Shown in pieces: positions 55,809-64,000 of a DNA stretch of 64,000 bases (position 1 is its first letter; the number at the start of each line of letters is the position of its first letter). The notes below the pieces were generated by a model. The model had not been told where the DNA came from. It did not search any database and saw only the letters and a list, made by a program, of their open reading frames with translations. The DNA is from Eledone cirrhosa (taxonomy: Eukaryota). Position numbers and translations under genes: made by a program. The DNA is taken from positions 291,772,001 to 291,836,000 of the forward strand of contig OZ024741.1 in assembly GCA_964016885.1 (NCBI GenBank), written 5' to 3'.

Positions 55809-57706
55809 ATGGTTACAGAAATTCATACAACAAACACCACCACAAAAAACGTAAACAAAGACAACAGCACTGAGAACACTAATTTTGAAAAAATTACCAT
55901 CCCAACTATAACAATAACAGCGACAACCAAAATACAGACAACAGAAAAAAATGACAACAGATGCAACAACGATATTAACACCACTAACAAGAAAATAAAC
56001 AACGACAACACCAACAGCAACAATACAAATTGCAGCGAAAACAACAACAACGATGGCACTAAAAACATAACCAACTACAACAGTGATAACAGCGACAACA
56101 CAAACAACACCGTCTGTAGCAGTAGCAACAGCAACAGCACCAACAACAAGACCAGTAGCAGCAGTAGCGGCAGCAATAGTGGTGCCGCTGAAAAAGAGGC
56201 CACTTCTTTCGCAGGCGTGTCCCGAAATATAGAGACAGTGCTAGTCACGGAGGAGGAGCTGGCAGTCGCAAGGGCCATGGTGTCAAGAAACAATAGAGTT
56301 TCCCTGAAACCTCCACCTGACCAGCAGCTGCGCACAGTGACTTACCGCACCGTAAGCAAAATGTCACATCAGGTGGAGAGAGCCACGGAGGTTCAAATTC
56401 ATAAGGCATTGGGGTGCGTCTGGGCGCGCAAAACCCACATCACCCGAGGCAAAAAGTACGCCACAGTAGACGTTTTTTCGCCCCCCCCCCCTCCCCAAGA
56501 GGCGAAGTCTCACTCTTTGGAAACCCTAAAGAGTGAGGAGATAGTCTTGGTGGCCTCCTACTGCGGGCAGAAAATTGCCCAGGTCCCCCCCCCCCCCGAC
56601 GTGCCTGTACCTTGGCTGGCCGCGTCTGTACTGGCTGGAATCGAGGAGAAGACCACCATACTGGAAATACAGAGAATGGGAAGAGAGAACTGGTCAGGAA
56701 AAGGCATGCAATTGCTAATACAAACTGACCAGGAGTGCATCGAGGCCATCCCAGACATCATAGACCTCGAAGAAGGACTCCAACTCCTTATAAGCGTGGA
56801 AGGAAGGCACCCAAAGTACGATCTCTGTGGACAGAAGGGTCACCTCAGGGCCTTCTGCCTGCAGAAGACAGCAAAGAAGAGGGCCCCCTCCTTCCGACGC
56901 CTGATCCGCTGCTACCAAGAGCAGGGTAGGCAACAGAGGAAGAAGACCCTTCCACGGTGAGTAGGAGGGCAACATCCGTGGAACCCATACCAAGGCCACT
57001 GACAACTAAAGCAGCGGAAGCAGTGGCGGCAACACCAACAGTCGCAGTAGCTACACCGGCGACAAAATAACCGGAGCGGGCTCCACTACCATCTCCTACA
57101 GCAGTGGAGCTCATACCCCTCCCAGACGCCATGGAATCCGACATGGAGTATGAGGCGGGAGGGAAGTGGCAACTGGTCTGCCACAAAAAACAATAAAGGA
57201 AAAACCCTTTAGTTTCACCCTCCAAAAGCGAAAGTAAACAAAAATGGGTAAAGGCTGCAAGGAGACTTGCAGCAACACCACCACCATCACCACCACAAGC
57301 ATCACCACCACCAGCATCACCAAAAACACCAACATCGCAAACACAACAAAACACACACACTCAACAGCAACAACAAGAAAACAGCAACAAAATCACCCCT
57401 CCCCCAAAAGATTACAGAGCCATAAACATGGCAAATAAAGAACTCTTACAACATATAAAGCAGCACACAGACATCACAGAAAAAAAAACTACTACACCCC
57501 ACCAACTCTAAAAACTCTCCCGAAAAACATAAACATAATTTAAATCAAAATAGAACATTACAAACTGTTAAAAGAAAAATTCCCCAACGCAGTTGGAGAC
57601 ATTATAAGGTCGGTTACCAAGAGGGTATACACCGACATCCTCTTGGAAACACCCATGACCAGACAAAGGGACGGTTCTACTGTCCCTTCACCACACGATG
57701 AAGGTA
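55809..57706 (+). pseudogene. LINE ORF1, disrupted
   Basis: Asn/Thr/Ser-rich N-terminus, R.NW.G...L..IPD.I.LEE homology to the first ORF1, degenerate knuckle YDLCGQKGHLRAFC. Confidence 0.75.
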
Positions 57707-57743
57707 AGTGATCCTTTCTCACTTACTCCGTTTCTCATCCAAC

Positions 57744-60550
57744 ATGGCTGTACTTAGAAGAGGCAGTATAAATGTACGTGGCCTGGGGTCACTAAACATA
57801 GATGTGGTGGCCATCAGCGAGACCAGAATCTCCGAATCACGAGCCTTCGCAGTGATCTTCGGCGGCTACGATGTATACGCATCTCCAAGCCGTCCAGGAT
57901 CGGGGGGAGGGGTTACCGTGCTTTTTCGGACAGGCTTGGATCTCGGCATACGGGCCATCTTCCTGGACCCAGAAGGTAAGTCGGACGTGACCGGCAACGA
58001 AGGCAATGCTCTCAAGCTAGTAGCGGTCTACGCCCCAACAGGGGCAGGACGGCCAGATTTCTTCAGACGTCTAGAGAGCTTTCTTGGAACGTCCCGCTCT
58101 TTAGTGTTAGTGGGCGACTGGAACGGTATCTTAGAGGCACGCTGGGATTATGTGGGGCTAGTAGACAGGGCAGGAGGGTGTAAAAGCCTGAACAACCTGC
58201 TCAGACGTTTTGAACTGTCTGACAGGTATAGGCTGGATTATCCGAATGTGCCAATGTGGACATGGGCAAACCGCATCGGGTCATCCAGATCGTATTTAGG
58301 GTATTCTGTAGGGAAACAGGTAAGGCTAGTGTAGGTTTTAAAGTAGTCGACTACATGGACCGCAAATTTGCGATCTGTGAAGTTGACTTACATAGACTCT
58401 ATAGGCAAGGCCCGGCTACTGGAAGCTGAACGCGTCGTTCTCGGCGTGCAAAGCTTACATAGACCGGATTAGCGAATTAGTTAAGCGAGCGTTGACGGGT
58501 GGGATCGTCAACAACAGGTGGTGGTTTACCCTGAAAAGGGCTATTAAAGTAGAATCGATAAGGTTTAGCAAAGGAGTAGTGATAGAGGAAAATAGAGTAG
58601 AGGGAGAGTTAGTTAGAAAGCTAGAAGAGGCGATTAGGACATGCATCGCAACCGACGTGCTTGCGGCGATATTAGCATTCGATCGATTCTTCAACGCAGA
58701 GCATGAAGGCTGCGTTGTCAGAGCTAGAGCGCGTGCTCTAAGACACGAGAGGACGAAAGCCGTTCAATGGGTCCGGTGAAATACGAGAAGCGATGTCCGA
58801 ATGCACGAGGAGTAAATCGCTAGGTTTGGATGGTTTGCCCTACGAGCTTTATGCGTATATGCCAGACTTGTTCGGCGACCTCCTGGCAGTAGAACGCGAG
58901 CATTCACAGTTTTGTGAGTCGGGGAGCGGTGGCGCTGTTGAGAAAAGACCCGAACAAGGGGGACGTTATAGACAACTTCAGGCCCATAACTCTGCTAAAC
59001 GCAGAGTTTAAGATTTTGGCCAAGGAGTTAGCAAAGAGATTGGCGCTTGTCGTCGGTGATCTGGTGGGAGAGGCGCAGACATGCGCCTTTCCGGACAGAT
59101 CCATCCACCACACACCTCCATCTCATGCGATACATCATAGAGGGGTGGTTAAGGAACCTGGCACGGGTGGGGCCATGATCAACTTGGATCAATCAAAAAC
59201 ATTTGATAGGGTCGACCATCGGTACCTGGCTGCGGTCCTCGATGCGGCCGGCTTCGGCCCGTTTTTAGGGGGTGGATCGCTGCGATGCACAGCGACATCT
59301 GTTCGATTGTGAGGGTGAATGGTCACCTGTGGCAGCCTTTCAGCATCATGCGCTCGGTGCGCCAGGGTTGCTCCTTCTCGTCCCTCTTGTACGTACTGGC
59401 CCTCGAGCCGTTACTGCACAAATTGGAGACGACGAGGGGGGGGGGGGGGGTCCCACGCGAACTGGGATGTAGGAGATCCGTGTCAGCTTATGCCGACGAC
59501 GTCCCCGTGGTGGTGTGGAGCACCAAACACGCCCAGATGCCCGGCACCGTTCTCAATCAAGGAATACGAAGTGTTGACAGGAGCAAAGATAAACCAGAAA
59601 AAGTCGGTGGGCTTGCAACTCGGCACCTGGAGAGGCAAGTTCATACCGTCCGACAGCGTCGTGAGGCGCTGGACAGAATGACCGGTTAAATTGCTCGGGG
59701 TCTGGTTCGGTACGGACCTTCAGATGGAGAAAAACTGGAGCGAGGTGACGAGCAGGGTGGCCTCTCTCACCTAGAAACGGGCCGAGAGGAGTCTGTCTCT
59801 GAAAGGTCGGGCGGAGGTAGCGAATGCGTACATAGCGTCCGTCATCTGCTACCGCCTGACCGTCGTACCTTGCCTCCGCCCAACTCTGACCAAAATGGAA
59901 CGCTTTCTCTCCCGCTTTTTGTGGAAGGGACGTGCTCCCATGGTCAGACGATACATTTGCTCTGAACACCCGTTGCGTGGAGGACTAGGCATGCCGTGGT
60001 TGATGATGCGCTAACATGCGCTGAGGCTGCAACGTCTCTGGTGCTTCCTTGACGGTGAACAGGTGTGGTCGCCGTTTGCCAGACGCGTTTTTCCGCAGCT
60101 CGTCTCCTTGACAGAACTGCAGTCCTGGATCAGGAAATGACCTAGGGATAGCGCTTGGAAGCTGGAATGTATCCAAATGCTCACCGCCCTCTACCGGCTA
60201 GGCACTTGCATCGGTGGAACATCCACCTCGGCGTTCTATAGAGGGCTAGTGGAGGGAAAGAGCGACGACGTTCTCGGGGAGAGCCTGGCGTCGAAGACGA
60301 TCATCTGTTCACTCTCTTCAAGAGAACTTTCAGACCGGGGCCTATGGACAACTTCCAGAAATCCCTGACCTTGCAGTGCTACCGGGGAGCGTTGCCGGTT
60401 CGGGATAATCTCTACAGGTACGGAGATGCGCGCAGGGCGATGAAACCGTCCTGCACGCACTCGTTCAGTGCCCGAGGATTGGTGACCTGTGGAGCCATGT
60501 CGAACAGCTGCTGTCGCGTGTAGAACGGATCTGGTTATCGACTGAGTCCG
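57744..60550 (+). pseudogene. LINE ORF2 copy A (APE-RT), with stops and deletions
   Basis: GSINVRGL, VYAP, VGDWN, NFRPITLLN, RQGC.SSLLYVLALEPL, SAYADD. Confidence 0.9.
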
Positions 60551-60551
60551 A

Positions 60552-63190
60552 TTGGATTTCCCGAATGTGCCAATGTGGATTTGGACAAACCGCATCGGGT
60601 CATCCAGATCATATCTAGATAGAGTATTTTGTAGGCAAATAGATAGCTCTAGCATAGGCTGTCCACAATTCAAGATAGTCAGCTACACGGACCACAAATT
60701 CCTGATCTGTGTGGTTAACTTAGATAGGCTTCATAGACAAGGACCCGGCTACTGGAAGCTAAACGTGTCATTACCAGCGCGCAAGGCCTACAGAGACCGG
60801 ATTAGCGAACTACTTAAGCGAGCGTTGACGGGGGCCATCGTCAACAAGAAGTGGTGGTTTGCTCTGAAAAGAGCGATTAGAATAGAGTCCATTAGGTTTA
60901 GTAATGCTTTAGCTATAGAGAAAAATAGAACAGAGGGAGAACTAGTTAGAAAATTAGACGAGGCGCTTAGCAAAGGCATCGCGACCGACGTACTTGCGGC
61001 GAAATAGGCACTTAACCAATTATTCAATGCAAAGCACGAAGGCTGCGTTGTCAGAGCTAGGGTGCGTGCTCTCAGACACGAGGGGACGAAAGCTGTTCAA
61101 TGGGCCCGAGTGGCGGAGGCGCGTCGTGGCAACAAAGCCACGATCCGGTCTTTGGTGGACCACGACGGGCGCATGCTACTCGATCCCGGGCAAATGTTTG
61201 AAGCTTTTCAGCGACACTTCGCTCAGCTGTTCGGGAGCAGCGGCGGGCCGGATCGAGGGATGGACTTTAATGTCTACCTCGACGGACTGCTGTGGCTCTC
61301 GGCCACTGAGGCGGAGTGTTGCGAAAATCCGATAACAGCCGCTGAAGTACGGGAGGCAATGACTGGCTGCAGAAGGGGTAAATCGCCTCGTTTGGATGGT
61401 CTGCCCTATGAACTTTACGTACAGATGCCAGACTTGTTCGGAGGCCTCTTGGCGGACGTCTACTGCAACAGGCAACAGAACGGGAGAATGCCCAGCTCTG
61501 TGAGCCGAGGAGCGGTGGTGCTGCTGAGAAAGGATCTGAACAAGGGTGGTAACAGATAATTTCAGGCCCATAACTCTGCTAAACACAGAGTTTAAGACTT
61601 TGGCCAAGGTGCTAGCAAAGAGGTTGGCGCTTGTCGTTGGTGGTCTGGTGGGAGAGGCGCAGACATGCGCCATTCCCGACAGATCCATCCACGACAACCT
61701 CCACCTCATGCGATACATCGTAGAGAGGGTAGCTAGGGAACCTGGCACGGGTGGGTCCTTGATCAATTTAGATCAGTCGAAAGCTTTCGATAGGGTCGAC
61801 CATCGTTACCTAGCGGCAGTCCTGAAGGCGGCTGGCTTTGGGCCCGTCTTCAGAGGCTGGATCGCTGCCATGCACAGCGACATCTGGTCTGTGGTGAGAG
61901 TGAATGGTCACCTTTCGGAACCGTTCAATATCATGCGTTCGGTCCGCCAAGGATGTCACCTCTCGTCCCTCTTGTACGTATTGACTCTCGAGCCATTACT
62001 GAACAAACTGGAGACGTTGAGGGTGGTCCCACGCGAACTAGGATGCGGAAGATCCGTGTCAGCATATGCGGACGGTGTCACCGTAGTAGTGTCGTATGCC
62101 AAACACATTGAGGCGATCGGCACTACACTAAGAGAATACGAAGCGGTGACAGGAGAAATGATCAACCAGGAAAAGTCAGTGGGCCTGCAGCTCGGCACCT
62201 GGAGAGGCAGGTCCATGCCGTCAAAACAGCGTCGTCGGGTGCTGGACGGACGGATCGGTTAAATTGTTGGGGGTCTGGTTCGGTCCGGACCTCCAGACGG
62301 ACAAAAACTGGGACGAGGTGACGAGCAGAGTGGCTTTATTCACCCAGAAATAGGCGGAGAGGAAGCTATCCCTGAAAGGTCGAGCGGAGGTGGCTAACGC
62401 GTACATCGCGTCCGTCATCTACTACCGCCTGGCCGTCGTACCTTGTCCTAAGCCCGGCCTGACTGCGCTGGAGCGTTTGCTCTTTCGCTTTTTGTGGAAG
62501 GGACCCGTTCCGATGGTCAGGCGGTCAATCTGCTGTCAACACCCGCTACGTGGAGGGCTGAGCATGCCGTGGATGATGATGCACAGACACGCGCTCAGGC
62601 TACGACATCTCCACCTCTTCCTCGACGGTGATTAGGTGTGGTCGCCGTTTGTTAGACGCGTCTTTCCCCAGCTCGTCTCCTTGACGGAGCTACAGTCCTG
62701 GGTCAAGCGAAGACCGAGAGGGAGCGCTTGGAGAATGGAATGTCTTCAGCCGCTCACAGCCCTCGACCAATCAGGCAATGTGATCGGTGGAAACTCCACC
62801 TCGGCGTTCTATAGAGGATTAGTGGGGCGGAAGAGCGACGACGTACTTGGGGAAACTCTAGGCGTCGACGAAAATCAACTAGCCAATCTCTTCGGAAGTA
62901 CTTTCGAGCCGGGGCCTATGGACAACTTCCAGAAATCCCTGCCCTGGCAGTGCTACCGAGGAGCTTTGCCAATTCGGGATAAACTCTACAGGCATGGAGG
63001 TGCCGTCAGCTGCGCATGTCCGAGATGCGCGCAGGGCGACGAAACCGTCCTGCACGCACTCGTCCAATGTCCGAGCATTGCTGACTTGTGGGTTTATGTC
63101 GAACACCTGCTGTCGCGTGTAGGACGGATCCGGCTATCAGCTGAGTCCATCGGGAAGGGCAGGCAGTTTTTATCTGTCTGGTGGCCTCTG
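60552..63190 (+). pseudogene. LINE ORF2 copy B (late APE to C-terminus)
   Basis: SYLDRVF, YTDHK, GPGYWKLN, LDQSKAFDRVDH, SAYADG, CPRCAQGDETVLHALVQC. Confidence 0.9.
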
Positions 63191-63307
63191 TTTTTGTTTT
63201 TTACACGCAGAAATGCCCATTTGTACCGTCCTGTATTGTCCTGTACTGTCCTTAATGTCTACTTTATGTAAAACCTACATGTCGACCCTTGTGGCTAATA
63301 AATGAAA

Positions 63308-63345
<38 letters not shown>

Positions 63346-63369
63346 GTTCTTGTTGTTGTTGCTGTTATT

Positions 63370-63895
63370 ATGGCAATATCGTTAGAGGGACATACAACAG
63401 TCTTTGTGGCATAGAGTTACGGGCCTTTACTTTCTTATTTCAAATCCCGCAGAGGTTAGCTTTGTCTTTCGTCCTTATGTGGTCGATAAAATAAAGTACC
63501 AGTCACGCACTGCGGTCGATTTAATCGACTTTCCCCTTCCGTCTTTCATTAAAAAGCTTGGAGTCCTCGACTTCATAGGCAGTGGTCAAATTTCTACCAT
63601 TACCAGCACTGCCAGAAACCTACACGATATATTGAGCCTCTCAGGTCAGGGACTGATCTGGGGCCAATTAACAGGTTTCATCTAGCAACTGATTTCAAAA
63701 AGTATCGGTACAGCGTCGGATACCATGCTGCGCAGCATCGAGGTACGGCCCTTTATATTCTGAGTTTGAATCCCGCCGAAGTTGACTTTACATTCATCCT
63801 TTCGTGGCCGATAAAATAAATCACTAGAAACGCATAGGGGTTATGTAATCGACTTACTCCGCCCCAAATGTTTGTCCTTGTGCCTAAATCAGAAG
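63370..63895 (+). mobile_element. Two diverged SINE copies (~63370-63540 and ~63700-63895)
   Basis: TTCAAATCCCGC..CTTTCGTCC..GTCGATAAAATAAAGTACCAG core in both. Confidence 0.75.
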
Positions 63896-64000
63896 GGTGA
63901 ATTTGTATCACAATATCACTCACAATAAAATACGCACAAATACGCAAACAAACTCCAAGTAAAGTACAGAAAAATACACGTAAATATACATACACAAACA

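Larger units (their letters stand above)
55538..63308 (+). mobile_element. Decayed Tx1/L1-clade LINE, tandem chimera of two copies, inserted in (ATT)n
   Basis: ORF1 ~55809-57706, ORF2 copy A 57744-60550, ORF2 copy B 60552-63190, AATAAA at ~63297; (ATT)n on both flanks. Confidence 0.9.

Overview
AT-rich, gene-free eukaryotic repeat DNA. The SINE set and the (TA)n, (CA)n and (TATC)n load resemble a coleoid cephalopod such as octopus (inference). No intact host gene is visible, and nearly all short ORFs in the track are microsatellite translations. Recognisable content: three decayed Penelope-like element (PLE) ORF fragments with a Naiad-type CxCx5Cx5C linker and GIY-YIG endonuclease, plus one from another PLE group; two decayed Tx1/L1-clade LINEs inserted in (TATC)n and (ATT)n; non-autonomous Helitrons and a Pif1 fragment; an internally deleted mariner and a MITE; R4/Dong and RTE relics; many tRNA-derived SINEs. 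The main signal is about 20 type I hammerhead ribozyme motifs from roughly ten different families. They sit in PLE-like 3' ends that insert into (TA)n as head-to-head fold-backs or ~500-bp tandem units, and they show helix II covariation, a U3-A8 core variant and a recurrent U4C core. A 2.3-kb inverted duplication may be a PLE 3' transduction. All structures were folded by eye and coordinates are approximate.
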